Shown here piece after piece: positions 1-13,100 of a stretch of 64,000 nucleotides of DNA (its first letter is position 1; the number at the start of each line of letters is the position of its first letter). Made by a program: the position numbers and the translations under genes. The notes under the pieces were generated by a model. That model was not told the DNA's origin, ran no database searches, and was given only the letters and a program-made list of their open reading frames with translations. The DNA is from Phyllobates terribilis (Eukaryota): contig NW_027362761.1 in NCBI RefSeq assembly GCF_046119375.1, forward strand, positions 454,522,001 to 454,586,000, read 5' to 3'.

Positions 1-2650
1 CAAAAAATACATAGTTTGAGTACTTCATGCATGAACCGGCACATGGATATGAAGCATAAGTTGCAGAGGGAAGCTCACTGTGCTACAATGCGGCCTAGCC
101 GGCAGGGCCAACCACCGTCGGCCACATCTTGTGCATCCGTGGCCTCTTCATCCTCTGTGACTGGGGGGACAGCAGTCACATCTGTTTTGGGACCTCTTTA
201 CCCGCAACAGCCAGCGTGATTGGCAGGTCATCATTTTCTTTGGAGGTGGAAACACCAGCTGGTGTTCAGCGCTGTCCGACATCGATAGCACCACCTTTGG
301 ATCAAGGCAACCTAACATGTCCACCTGCATCTTCCTCACAGACCGGCAGTTTGCCGGGGACACCCTTCTCAACCCCGTCTAAGCACAACAGCCAGCCCTT
401 GGTCCCTCAGATGTGGACAAGTAAAAGACCATTTCCTCCTAGCCATGAGAAAACTAAGAGGTTGAATTTCACCATCTGCAAGCTCTTGGCTACAGAAATG
501 CTGCCTTTCCGCCTGGTGGACACAGAGGATTTTCGAGACCTTATGTCCGTCGCAGTGCCCCAGTACCAGATGCCCAGTCGGCACTACTTCTCAAAGAAAG
601 GTGTGCCTGTGCTCCACCAGCATGTCGCACACAACATCACCGCTTCTTTGAGAAACTCTGTGTGTGACAGGGTGCATTTCACCACAGACACTTGGACGAG
701 TAGGCATGGACAGGGGCGTTACATGTCGCTGACTGGGCACTGGGTAACTATGGTGACAGCAGGACAAGGGGCTGCTGTCCAAGTCTTGCCGTCCCCACGA
801 ATTGTGCGTCAATCCTCTTTATCTCAAAGTTCCTCCACTGCTTCTGCCTCCTCAACCTCCTCTCGGTCCTCCACCTGCACCCAAAGCCTGTCTGGTCATG
901 CCACAAGCTTTCTAACTGCGCAGAAGGGATCCTGCACGCCTCCTTACTATGCTGGCAGCAGGGCTCAACGTCATCAGGCGGTTTTACTTTGAAATGTCTG
1001 GGAAATGTGAGTCACACAGCTGAGGAGTTGTGGTCAGCTCTGGAGAACCAATTTCATGAATGGTTGTCTCCACTGGACCTGAAACCAGGGAAGGCCGTGT
1101 GCGACAATGCTGCAAACCTGGGTGCGGCCCTTCGCCGGGGCAATGTCACACATGTGCCTTGTATGGCTCACGTGTTGAACCTGGTTGTCCAGCAATTTTT
1201 AGCCCACTATCCCGGACTGGATGGCCTTCTGCAGAGGGCACGGTCGCTGTGTGCTCACTTCCGCCGTTTGCATCCCGCAGCTCAACGACTTACATCTCTA
1301 CAGAAGTCGTTGGGCCTGCCACTTCACCGGCTAAAATGCGATGTGCATACCCGGTGGAATTTTACTCTGCACATGTTGCAGCGACTGTGGCAGCACCGAC
1401 AAGCCCTGGTGCAATACGTTCTGACGGATAGCCTGGGCCAACGAGATCCAGAGGTGGGGCAAATCATGCTGGTGGAGTGGTCTCAGATCAGGGACCTAAC
1501 CACCCTTCTGCACATTTTTGAAATGGCGACGAAGATGTTTAGTGCTGACGATGCCATTATCAGCATGACTATTCCGGTGAATTACATGCTGGAGCACATG
1601 TTAAACAGAATTCGGAGTCAGGTGGTGGCACAAGAGGAGGTGGAGGAAGTAGAGGAGGAGGAGTTGTATGCGGAAGGGCTAACATCTGCACGGTACAGAC
1701 GGTCGGCAGCACCAAGGCGGCAGGCATGTGAGGGTGGGGGAGATGGTTTTACCAGGGGGCATGGTAGCAGCCAAACTAGTGAGGAAGGTGCAGGAGCCCA
1801 GGAAGAAGTGGAGGACGAACTGATGGAAGACTCATCAGATGAGGGAGACCTTGATCACATTTCTGTTGTGCGAGGTTGGGGGGAGAGGGCAGAGGAAGGA
1901 AGCATGATTGTTACCTCGCCACCAACACAACAGGGACTTGGTGCTCCTGGATGTGCAAGACACATGAGTGCCTTCTTGCTGCACTACCTGCGACATGACC
2001 CTCGAATTGTGAGAATTAGAAATAATCCTGACTACTGGGTTGCCACACTGTTAGATCCCCGGTACAAAAGTAAATTAGCAGAAATTATTCCTGCCATAGA
2101 AAGAGATGCACGCATGCAGGAGTATCAGCAGAGACTGTTGCAGAATCTTACATGTGCTTTTCCCCAAAACACTAGTGGTGCACGTAGTGAATCTCACAGT
2201 TCCAACTTGCCAACCGTGGGACCGTCGAGTGTTCAGCACTCAAAACGTAACAGAAACACAGTATCTGCTGGTAACATCAATTTTGCGGAATCATTTCACC
2301 ACTTTTTTAGCCTTTCCTTTGCAAGGCCACAGGAGACAAGAAGTCTGACACATAGTCAACGCCTAGGAACGATGGTACAGGAGTATCTCCAAGTAAACAT
2401 TGAAGCCATGACTGTGTCACTGGACCCTTGCTCTTTTTGGGCTTCCAATCTGGATAAATGGCCGGAGCTTGCCACTTACGCCTTGGAGATCTTGTCATGC
2501 CCCGCAGCCAGCATTCTGTCTGAACGTGTGTTCAGCGCTGCTGGTGGTGTGCTGACAGATAAGCGCACGCGTCTCTCCACTGATGAACAAATCATGGATC
2601 CGAAACGACTTTTCTACCCCTGTGTCATCCTGGGGAGAGTAAAAGCTTGA
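1..2650 (+). pseudogene. hAT-superfamily (ZBED-like) transposase, frameshifted near 990; element continues left of the window
   Basis: ORFs 129-992 and 989-2650 contain TTDTWTS, CDNAANL, CMAHVLNL (CxxH), RWN and the hAT C-terminal dimerisation motif WPELATYALEILSCPAASILSERVFS. Near-identical to the copy at ~41920-45754. Confidence 0.92.
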
Positions 2651-2689
2651 TGATTTGTTAAAATCACCTCACCAACCGTTTTAAGCTTT

Positions 2690-2852
2690 CAAATTACTAA
2701 TCATGTTTATCTGTATCTTTGCTGGAAAATAATTTGGGCCTTGTAGCATTGTGCAGTGCTAATTCTATTAGGCCATCTATACTAAACTCCACCAGATTTA
2801 AAATTACTAATAATTTTTAGCTGCATCTAGCCCGGAAAATAATTTTGGGGCT
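2690..2852 (-). repeat. ~1.5 units of the 110-bp hAT-internal repeat (gctagatgcag motif), reverse orientation relative to the 48490-49570 array
   Basis: The reverse complement reads gggctagatgcagctaaaaattatt...ggtggagtttagtatagatggcctaatag, matching the unit at 48510-48600. Confidence 0.75.
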
Positions 2853-2967
2853 CCTAGATGCGCAAGACACATGAGTGCCTTCTTGCTGCACTACCTGCAA
2901 CATGACCCTTAGATTGGCAGAATTCGAAATAATCCTGACTACTGGGTTGCCACACTCTTAGATCCCC

Positions 2968-4340
2968 CACACTCTTCGATCAACCTTTTCATTTTAATAA
3001 AGAACAAAAAAATGGTCATTTTTGAAATTATAAGCATTAGCAGGTTATTACAAACTGAAATCAAACAGTTTTCAACTCAAAACTTTATTCTAGGTGATGT
3101 TACATTTGCACATAGGACCCCTTGTTCGAAAGGAGCTTCTGAACTCTCTCGTCCATTGAATTTGTCAGGTTTTGGATGGTTTCTGCTTCAATTGTTTTGC
3201 ATGAGGACAGAATACCCTCCCAGAGCTGTTGCTTAGATGTGAACTGCCTCCCGCCATCATAGACACTCCTTTTGATGATGCTCCAGAGGTTCTCAATGGG
3301 GTTGAGGTCAGGGGAGCATGGGGGTCACAACATAAGTTTGTCCCCTTTTATGCCCATATCAGTCAGAGATGCAGATGTGTTATGTGCAGCATGAGACGGT
3401 GCATTATCATGCATGAAAATGATCTTGCTGCGGAATACACGGTTCTTCTTCTTGAACCATGGCAGGAAGTGCTGTTTGAGAAACTCCACATACATTATGG
3501 AGTTCATCTTTACCCCTTCTGGGATCCTAAAGTGGCCGACAATCTCTCTCCCCATGATTCCAGCCCAAAACATTACTCCACATCCTCCTTGTTGGCGCCG
3601 TAGCCATGTTTGCGTGGGGTGTCCATCAGCCAGCCATCCTCCACTCCATCCATCTGGACCATCGAGCGTTGCTCGGCACTCATCGGTGAACAAAACAGTT
3701 TTGAAGTCAGTCTTCATGTATTGTTTGGCCCACTGGAGCCATTTCTGCTTGTGTACAGTGGATAGAGGAGGTTGACAGGATGGCTTACGCACAGCTGCAA
3801 ACCTCTGAAGGACCCTGCATCTTGTTGTTCGGGGGACGTTGGAGGCACCAGCAGCTTCAAAAACTTGTCTGCCGGTATGACAGGGCTTTTTTGCCGCTGC
3901 TCTTTTAACCTGACGTAATTGCCTGTAGGAAAAAGTCCTCAATTTTCCATTATCAGCATGCACATGTGTGTACTGTGAATCAGCTACATGCTTCTTGATT
4001 GTGCGATGATCAGGATGAAGTGTCTTGGCAATGTTGATTGTAGTCATGCCTTGACCTAAACACTCCACAATTTGTTGCTTCTCAGCCGCCGACACATCCT
4101 TTTTCTTTCCCATTTTGGCAGAAAATGTAGGCTGCTTAATAATGTGGGACAGCCTTCTTAAGTAGTCTTGCCTTTCATTGGACACACCTGCCAAACTAAT
4201 TAGCACAGGTGTCTGCAATTGCTTACAGTGATATAAAGAGCCCTGACACACATCACCATCAATGAGTTTAACTGACAAACAAAAAAATTCTTACCTTATC
4301 ACTCCTAAACACTTTTTGCATAATAATTTGGAACACAGTG
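2968..4340 (-). mobile_element. Tc1 DNA transposon, 3'-truncated, inserted at a TA in hAT sequence
   Basis: The terminus cactgtgttccaaattattatgcaaa (minus) ends at 4340, followed by TA at 4341-4342. No matching second TIR was found. Confidence 0.85.
3325..4278 (-). pseudogene. Tc1-like DDE transposase, C-terminally truncated
   Basis: Paired-like HTH N-terminus (MGKKKDVSAAEKQQIV...), FTDEC, GVMFWAGI, FMHDNAPSH. The third catalytic motif (SPDLNPIE) is missing. Confidence 0.85.
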
Positions 4341-4409
4341 TACATGTGCTTTTCCACAAAACACCAGTGGTTCACGTAGTGAATCTTACAGTTCTAACTT
4401 GCCAACCGT

Positions 4410-5017
4410 GGTCTGTATGGAGTTGTTCAATAAAGGGCCCAAAATTAAGATAACATAGACGGGAGAGGTCTCTATGAATACGAATTACTAAGTATTTGAT
4501 ACCCTGTGAGGGCCAGGCAAAGGGAAAGTTGGACTGGATGGAATCCTGTATGGATTTGGGGAGGGAGACATCGAGGGCCTCAGACTTCGCTGCATTGATT
4601 TTAAAATTTGACCATATAACAAAGTGATCTATTTCAGCCATAACAGCAGGGATGGATATATGTGATTGAGTGATATATACTAGGACATCATCAGCAAATG
4701 CAGAGCACTTGTACTTGGTGCCTCCCACCTGAATCCACCTAATATTGGGGTTATGGCGAATTGATGAGAGCAGGTGCTCCGTCACTAGGATGTATAAGAG
4801 AGGGGACAGAGGACATCCCTGCCTTGTCCCATTGGTGATTATGAAAGGTGATCAAAATGTTCCATTTATCTTCAGCCTAGGTGACGTATTGTGATACAGG
4901 GCCGTGATTTTGGCTATAAAAGGGTCCCCTAGACCCGTACCCCAAGATTTTTAAGAGAATAATATATGGCGTGCCAGGAGACTCTATGGAATGCTTTCTC
5001 AGCATCCAACGAGAGTA
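4410..5017 (-). pseudogene. L1-clade reverse transcriptase fragment carried as cargo inside the hAT left arm
   Basis: The minus strand translates SLDAEKAFHRVSW...LKINGT...NGTRQGCPLSPLLYIL...SAFADDVLVY...KINAAKS. The same fragment with the same upstream junction occurs at 63404-63560. Confidence 0.88.
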
Positions 5018-5129
5018 TCTAATTACAAATTTTTAACTGCATCTAGCCCAGGAAATACTTTATGCCTAGTAGCAGTGTCTGCTAGTCAGCGGATTATCCC
5101 AGCTGTTAAGCAAGCTACACCACCTGTAG

Positions 5130-5319
5130 TTTGGACACTTAATTTTTTTGAAAGGAAATGCTTCGGGCCCCCGGGACACTCAGTGAAGAGCATCGGGAGG
5201 CACCCCAAGGCACAGGGGCTGGGACTGGCGGTAGGACGCCTTGCGGTGGACCGCCAAGCTCGATCGTTATAAAAGCTTTTTAGCTGCAGCAGCTTTAGTG
5301 GACGCTACTGGAGCTGGAA
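5130..5319 (-). pseudogene. 18S rRNA-derived fragment, 3' part (downstream of the Tx1 insertion)
   Basis: Minus strand ttccagctccagtagcgtccactaaagctgctgcagctaaaaagct...gatgctcttcactgagtgtcccgggggcccgaagcatttcctttcaaaaaaattaagtgtccaaa aligns by eye to vertebrate 18S TTCCAGCTCCAATAGCGTATATTAAAGTTGCTGCAGTTAAAAAGCTCG...GGCCCGAAGCGTTTACTTTGAAAAAATTAGAGTGTTCAAA. Confidence 0.9.
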
Positions 5320-6641
5320 CTCTATTTTTGTTATAAAAATAGAAAATCATACAAAATACATATTCCACACTTAACCAATTCCCCTACCACAACCCAACCA
5401 TAAACACAAAACCATAACGAAACATGTCCTCATCTGGATCCACACTAAAATGGGAAAGAAAACATATAAATTTTATAGACCTTATACAAGGCCCGTATGA
5501 CCTCAAAAATAAGAAAAAAACAAAAACCCTAGCAGAGTTCAAAGAGATTTTTAGGAGTCCCGGATGTCCATCAGGTTCTGTCAAAAAGTTTCCTTACCGG
5601 AGGGAGCATAGAGTCCATGAGTCTTTGAGTCCTAGAGTCTCTTGTGAGTCCTGGCATGGGTAAACAAAAGTCCGTTTCCCAGCCTGCTCTGCTCTGATCC
5701 TTTCCTCTCCTTAGTTTTAGTTTATACTTCACTCCTTAGCTTACTCCTCTTCTTCTCCTTGTCCTTCTCTTTGACTCCTTAACCCTTCTCCTCCTCCCGA
5801 GCTCCTCACCCTTCATTCTCCAGGCTCCGACATAGGACAAGGAGAGAAAAAAAAGAGAAGGGCCCGCATTACACACTATCACACTTCCTTTACTTCTCAA
5901 CCTACAAAAAATCCCGGTCCACCGCCCCAACATAATTCATATGGCAATCCGCCAAACCTAACTATAACTAAAACTTATCCCATCCACACTATATATATAT
6001 ATATATATATATACACATCTATTTATATACACCGATATATATATATATTTTTTTTTCCCCAACTCTTATCACAAAAGAAAGGATCATAGCTTTAACACCT
6101 AAAACATATATAACACATATAACACATATATAACACCTCAAAACACATATTTACTCTTACCCATCAACCTAACCTGTGGGGTTTACCTTCACCCCACTAC
6201 TGCAATTTTCCCCTAATATTTATCACAGCCGACTAACAACTGTGCACATTTCTCCCAAAACAAAATGACATAACAACATTACATCTCACCAAAAAACAAT
6301 ACATTTCTCAGCCATGGCTCGGTGCTTGCGAGCCCCATACATTGCCTAGAGTTTTGAAAACAAAAGACTGCGGTGGAAGTTGACAGCCCACCACCAGGAG
6401 GCGGAAAGACAGGCACTTTCCCTACTGCACAAAAATAAACCTATCTTACCCTCACTATCTCAAAACTGTCCCTAATTAAAAACCTATCTCTATCTATCCC
6501 TCCCTGCCCCTATCGCTCTATCTACCTCACCACGTGCCTAACTATCTTTCCCTCCTCTGTCCCTAGCTGTCCCTATGCGTATCTCTCCCTACTGCCTAAA
6601 TACCTGCCCCTACTGCTGTAACACTGAAATTAATCTGGCCC

Positions 6642-9600
6642 TCAAGGCACTTCAAATGAATGACCCCTCCAGAGGCGGGAGGCCTTCTTAGTGCCCAGCC
6701 TGTCAAATTCCAGCGAGCGCACTTTACCGAGGTCACCCAGAATATTCCTAACCACCTCATCCATGGGGAGGGTTTTCTGCTGAGTGGACACTAGACAGCG
6801 TGCATTCCATGTGTAGAACCTGACCACTAAACTAACTAGAAATAACGTGCACCGATCTCGGCCACCCAGAGACCCGAATGCTCCGTACGCCCACTCCAGA
6901 TAGGAGAGGCGAGCCAGCCTAGGCCAGCCTATGGAAGCACCCACCCTGTTGTAGACCCCTGTATTAAAGGGGCACTGAAGGAGGAAGTGCTCCATACTTT
7001 CCAGCACGTCGCAGCATTCCTCACGGGAGCAACCCCGGTCATCGGAATTCCTGTACTTCAAATTGCCCCTTACATACAGCCTCCCGTGAAAGCAGCGCCA
7101 GGCCAAGTCCCAAAACTTCAAGGGGATCCGAGTAGAATTTAGCAACCTCAGCCCCCCCTCCAGATCCCGACCTGGGCTATCCTTGAGGACCAGAGGCTTC
7201 TGGAAACGGGCCAAAGAACCTTTCTGTCAAGGAATTTCCTCGGCATAGTTCTGATCTCCCACATTCCCAGACCGCACTGGCGGATCACCTTCAAAACCAG
7301 GATAGCATAAGCCGGGAGATGCCCGTGCGGTGTACGTAGGTCCTTCACTCACCCACCTAACTCCCATTTCTGGAAGAAGGGTCGAAGCCATTTCCTGCAG
7401 GAGAATACCCACGGAGGAGCCCTCTCTGGCCAGAGGTTCCCTATGTTAGCTTTAAGGAAAGCATTCACTAAGAATACCACCGGGTTGACCATACCCAACA
7501 CGCCTAGTCTCCTCGTACGGTACGTGACCTCCCTCTTGACTAGGTTGAGCGTATTTCCCCATAACATCTGGAAAAACAGGCAGTAGACCCGTGTCCAAAG
7601 AGGTTCCGGCAAAATGCAAACGCTGCCCAAATAGCTCAGCAATGGCAGAAGGTAACCCTTGATTAGGTTCACCCGCTCCCTTAGGGTCAAAGTCCAACCC
7701 TTCCACTGGTACACCTTTTGAGCGGCGATCTTTAGCCTGCCCTCCCAATTTAGCTGGGGGTAATCACCCGGGACGAAATTGATGCCTAAGATCTTAGCTG
7801 TGGCTTGGGGTTCTGGGAGGGTGTCCGGGAGACCAAAAATATGGTCTCCCCCCCCCCCCAGCCAGAGACTCTCACACTTCTCCTGGTTGATCTTAGACCT
7901 AGATGCCTCCGAGTAGCGGTCAACCTCAGACATCACCCAGTCCGCCTCCTCTTTCGAGGATACAAACAAGGAGACATCATCGGCATACGCCACTGCCCTC
8001 AAGGTGGCCTCCGGGGCTGCCTGGTCGATCCAGACTCCCACCAATGGTCCATCCTCGATCCTCCTTAAAAAGGGGTCGATGGCGAACACGTATAACAGCG
8101 GGCTCAACGGACAGCCCTGGCGAACCCCAGACTCCACCTCAAAAGGGCAGCCAGACCAACCAATTACCAGCGGGAAAGTCTCAGCCCCTGCATACAATGC
8201 CCTGGCGAACCCCAGACTCCACCTCAAAAGGGCGGCCAGACCAACCAATCACCAGCGGGAAAGTCTCAGCCCCTGCATACAATGCCTTTAACCAATTTAC
8301 GAACCCCCCGGGCAGACCGTACCTCAAAAGGACAGACCAGAGGTAGTCGTGGTTCACCCGATCAAACGCCTTTGCCTGATCTAGGGACAGAAACCCCTTC
8401 CAGAGGCCAGCCCTACCCTGCTCCACTGCCTCTCGGACACCGAGCACCGCACTAAATGTGCTGCGGCCTGGAACAGAGCAATGCTGGGACCCCGAGAGGA
8501 GCCGGGGTGCAAATTTCACCAACCGGTTAAAAAGCACCTTTGCCAGAACCTTCCTGTCCGTATTGAGAAGCGCTATGGGACACCAGTTCTCAATACGGGA
8601 TGAGTCCTTACCCTTTGACAGGATAATCAGGGCAGACCTCCTCATTGAACGGGGAAGAGCACCCGAGGAAAGGCACTCGTTGAACACCTCCGTCAAGAGG
8701 GGGACCAAAGAGTCCCTAAAGATCTTATAAAATTCAGACGTTAAGCTGTCTGGACCTGGCGATTTTTTGAGCCGAAGCCCATCAATGGCCAGTCTCACTT
8801 CCTCTTCCACAATTGCCTCGGTCAAAACGCCGAGAGAGGGGTCATCCCCTGGCTCAGGAACGGCTTCGGCCAGGAAAGTCGACGCCACGTTTCGATCTAG
8901 TTCCCTCTTTCCCAAGAGGCGTGAGTAGAAAGACCTGACGATTTCCAGGATCCCTGATTTGGATCTGTTCAGAGAGCCTGTACCATCGATCAGGCCGGTC
9001 ACTACTTTATGATTCACTGACATCTTACAGTTTCTGTAGGGGTCAGGCGAGCGGTACTTCCCGAAATCCCTCTCAAAAACCAAAGATGTGTATCTATCAT
9101 ACTGACACCTCTTAAGCAAAGACTTCACTCTGGAGATTTCCTCACGGTCACCTCCAGTCGAGACGAGCTGCTCGAGTCTCCTCCTCAGGCTCTGGTACAG
9201 GCGGTACCTGCTCAGGTTCCTGAAGCTAGAGAGCTGGCGGAAGAAACTCGCAACCCGATCTTTGAACATCTCCCACCACTCAGACTTAGTGCTACACAGA
9301 TCCAACAGTGGTACCTGGCTCTGAAGAAAATCCTCAAAGCATTGTCTCACTTCCGCTTCTTCCAACAGTGATGAATTCAGCTTCCATAGTCCTCTCTCCA
9401 TCCGGGGGGTTTCTGAAACATTCAAGGAAAAGAAAATTAGACAGTGATCGGAGAATTCCACCTCCACAGCGGACACTGCTGAAGAAACGGCCTCCTCCTT
9501 TAAAAAAAACCTGTCTATTCTAGACCTACAACTACCCCTATAATAGGTGAAACCACTGTGACCTGGGGTGTGCCGGATGTGGAAATCCACCAGGCGAGCA

Positions 9601-10124
9601 TCACTAGCTATACTATTCAGAGTCACGCTATCGTAAGCCAGCCTGCCATTGGAGCCTCCCCAGTCACGTAATCTTGTGACGGTGTTGAAGTCCCCTCCAA
9701 AGACCACCTGCCGACTCGTAAAAAGATAGGGCTTGATCTTCAGGAGGAGACATTTGCGGTCCCACTTTGATTGGGGACCGTAGATGTTTATGAGCCGAAG
9801 CTCCTGTCCCCCCATGAAGACATCTAAAACCAAGCACCTCCCCATTTCTACTTCGATAACCCTCCGGCATTCTACCACTGCGGTCTTAAAAAGGACCGCC
9901 ACCCCACTATACGGCTCGGCCGCAAGAGACCAGTATGAGGGCCCACACCTCCACTCCCTCCTTGCCTTGTGAATGGCCCCCATGTCTGTTAGTCTGGTCT
10001 CCTGCAAAAATAAAATTTCAGCCTCAAATCGGGTGAGAAAATCAAAGGCCGTAAATCTAGCCGCATCTGATTTTATGATGGCGACATTAATGGACGCCAG
10101 CGTCAACGGGGTGGGTGCAGCCAT
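6642..10124 (-). pseudogene. Tx1 ORF2 (AP endonuclease, reverse transcriptase, C-terminal zinc-binding domain), disrupted
   Basis: LASINVA, FLQET, GGDFN, SRIDRF, FSDH (APE); KSPGPD, SLDQAKAFDRV, VRQGCPLSP, AYADDV (RT); ESMEHFLLQC (zf-RVT). Broken by an 85-bp duplication (8114-8283) and by frameshifts near 7355 and 7150. Confidence 0.9.
8114..8283. repeat. 85-bp tandem duplication inside the Tx1 RT
   Basis: gccctggcgaaccccagactccacc...gcatacaat starts at 8114 and again at 8199; two substitutions between the units. Confidence 0.92.
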
Positions 10125-10136
10125 TGGGTGATCGAA

Positions 10137-13100
10137 TTAGATGGCTTTCTTCTTCCCTCCACCCCCCTCACCATCTGACAAAGACCCCTTGTTGTCACGC
10201 TCACGGCGCTTGAGGGACACTGTCATATCCATATCACCCCCTCCTCCCCTTTCTTCCTCACCCCCAGGTTCAGGGACAGTCCCTCCCCCAGAGGAAGATG
10301 GCATACCCCCCGATGGAAGGACTCTGTCGTCCCCCACAGGCTCCTCAGGTGGTTCCCCCGGCTCTTTGCCCCCAACCCCCGCCACATCAGGGTCCTCGAG
10401 GACTCCAAACCGGTTGGAGACAGAGATCAGAGGGGAGATCCTGGAGCCCTCTGCCGGCACCTTGCTGGTCAGGAAGGGGGGCATATTTTTTAACCCCCTT
10501 CCCATTGATCTTCCTCTTCCTCCTTCGCCTCTTTTTTTGGGTTTCACTGTCACCCTCTGCTGTAGGCCGCGCGTCCTCGTCCTCCTCAACACTTTCATAT
10601 TGGGAGGAATCTGAGAGCGCAGCCGCCTCCTCCCTCTCCATCCTCCTGGTCTCCTCTCTCAGCGCCTCCTCCCCCAGGGCCTCAGTGGCACCGGTCGAGG
10701 CCCCGGGAGGGGGGACAGTCATCACCCTAGTTACCAGGGGATCCCCCTGCCCTTCCCCAACCAGGCGCCTCTCCTGCCTTCGATGATAAGAGGGGCCCCG
10801 GACCTTCTTGTTCTTCACTGGCCCTTCAGCCCCCCCGCTTCCACCAGCCTCAGGCTCAGCAGAGGGCGCACCGCCGGGATCCACCCCGGCACGGCCACCG
10901 TCCACCTGACCAAAGACGGCGTTGGCGAAGGAACAAGGGCAGCAACTGAATGGATGCCCGATGGCCTATCCCACCACACAAGGTGTATTTCTGCACCCTG
11001 CATGCTGCACTAAAGTGCGTGGGATCACCACACCTGTGGCATACTTTCGGCTGCCCCTGGTAGAAAACCAGGATGCTGTCCCTCCCAAGGAAAGCCGAGG
11101 AAGGGATGTGGGTGACAGTGCCGCCGGACCTCTTCAACCTCACCATGAAGGTCCAGCCCCCTGACCAAATGCCCTCGTCCATGATCTTTTTTGGTGCCTC
11201 CACCACTTCTCCGTACCTGCTGAGCCAGGTCATGATATCGACTCCCGAAAGTGACTCATTGCACATCAGCACGGTCACCTTCTTAGGGCCATTCTGGTGG
11301 GATATCGCCACTGCGACAAGACCCCGCCAGCCAGGCGTCTCCTTTGCCAGCTCATAGTTCGACCAGAAAAGCTCCATACCCTCCGGCCGAGCAAAGCTAA
11401 CTTCAAAGATGGAGGCGCCAAAGGATGTATCAGGGCAAAAATGTCATTCGCCCTGAATCCCATCTCCAGGAGGAGCTTCACTACCCTTGATCTTGGTGGG
11501 CACGCATCATTATCCCTCCACCGGAGACGGACCACATTTCTCCTGGACACCCCCCGCCCGGCTGTAGGGAGAGACCATACAGTCTCTCCCCCCTTTTTCT
11601 CTTGGAAAGCGGCCTGTCCAAATTTGTCCAACCAAAAAGACAGGTCCACATCCCTCCCCTCTACTTGGATCGCCTCAGGGCCTGCACAAGATGGCGGTGG
11701 AAATCTCCCTCTCCTGAGCCTGAAGGTGAGGAAGACCCCTCCACAGCCAGTGAAAAATTCATTCTGGCGCCGCCATTAGTGCCGGCACCCCTCACATGAT
11801 TGGATGGTGGACCGGCCCTCACCTCACCATTCACCCCCCTTGCATCACCAGCCTCGCCACTCACCCTGCCCCCTCCCAAAACTGGCCATTCATCCATTTC
11901 CACACATTCCCCATTTTCTCCATTTTTTCCATTTTCACCATTTTTTCCATTTTCACCATTGGCGCCATCCACACCATAAACCTGCGTTTCCCCCCCCCCT
12001 GCGTTTTTCCCCTCCCCCCACTCATATCCTGCCTCTCCCCTGCCACTCTCACACCAGACCCCGTCTCATTATTCCCTCCTTTGTTATTATATTTCATATT
12101 ACTCACATTAACCATAGTGTGCTGATTAGGAGCAGCTGGTGTTATCCTATGGAGCCTGGGCTTAGGAATGGGCAGTATGGGTGCCTTGGGTGTAGTCTCC
12201 TCTTTCCTTCCACAGCCCTCACTGCTGCCAGCCAAGCTGGACACGCCCCCTGTCTTAGCAGAGCTTGCAGCCACAGTGGGAGCTGCTGCAGAGCGTTGCT
12301 CCTCCATTCCCGCCTACAGAACGTTTCCCCTGAGTGGACCAGCCACCGCCGAGGACCCCACCGACCCAGGTAAGACCATGCCAGCGGGGGCCCCCGACGG
12401 TGCGACCCCCCCTCCCGCGGATGGGGGCGGGGCCACAGTTGCTACTGTAGTTTTTACTGTTTTTACTGATTTTGCTGATGTTATTGCTTCTCTGGGTTTT
12501 AAAACTGGCACTGGGACTTCTGCAGACCCTGGCAGTGCCGTGCCCCCTGCCAAAGTGGCAGTCAGGGACACGGCCGGCTGTGTAGCTGCAGTTTCAACCC
12601 CCAAATGCCCGCCCTCACTCACTGCTGGCGCCGAGGCCCCTATGGCCCCAGATGGTGGCAGGCACACAGGGGACCCCAGCGACACCACCCCCACCGCCGG
12701 TGGTGCGGTCCGGGACATGGCCGGCTGTACCTCAGCCACGACAGACCTCTCGCCCCTTGATGTTACTGGTGTCAAGGCCCCCGCAGCCCCAGGTGGAAAC
12801 AGGCCAGCAGGGGGCCCCGGCTGGCCGGCCCCCTCCGCCGAGCGTGCGGGCGGGCGTAGGATGGCGGCTATCACAGCCGACCCCTTGCTGTTACTAGCCG
12901 GCCCCGGGGCCCCCGCAGACCCGGTAGATGACACACTTGCCAGGGACCCCGGTAGCACAACCTCCCCCACCAAGGTGGGGTCGCGGGTCAGCCGGACCTC
13001 CGGCACCATCTTCATGTTAGGTACCCTTCCCCCAACCATGCTACAGCCAGCATGGATGGCAGCCTTCACCATAGTTACATTTTTCTTCCCGCCCCCTTGC

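Larger units (their letters stand above)
2855..4410 (+). pseudogene. Second hAT transposase fragment (2855-2967 and 4341-4410), split by a Tc1 insertion
   Basis: 2855-2967 repeats 1945-2060/45025-45140 (gcaagacacatgagtgccttcttgctgcac...). 4341-4410 repeats 2147-2220 (tacatgtgctttcc...gccaaccgtgg). Confidence 0.8.

Noticed and set aside
129-2650. Domesticated ZBED host gene
   Set aside because: Frameshifted, multicopy within the window, and associated with TIR-bearing family members.
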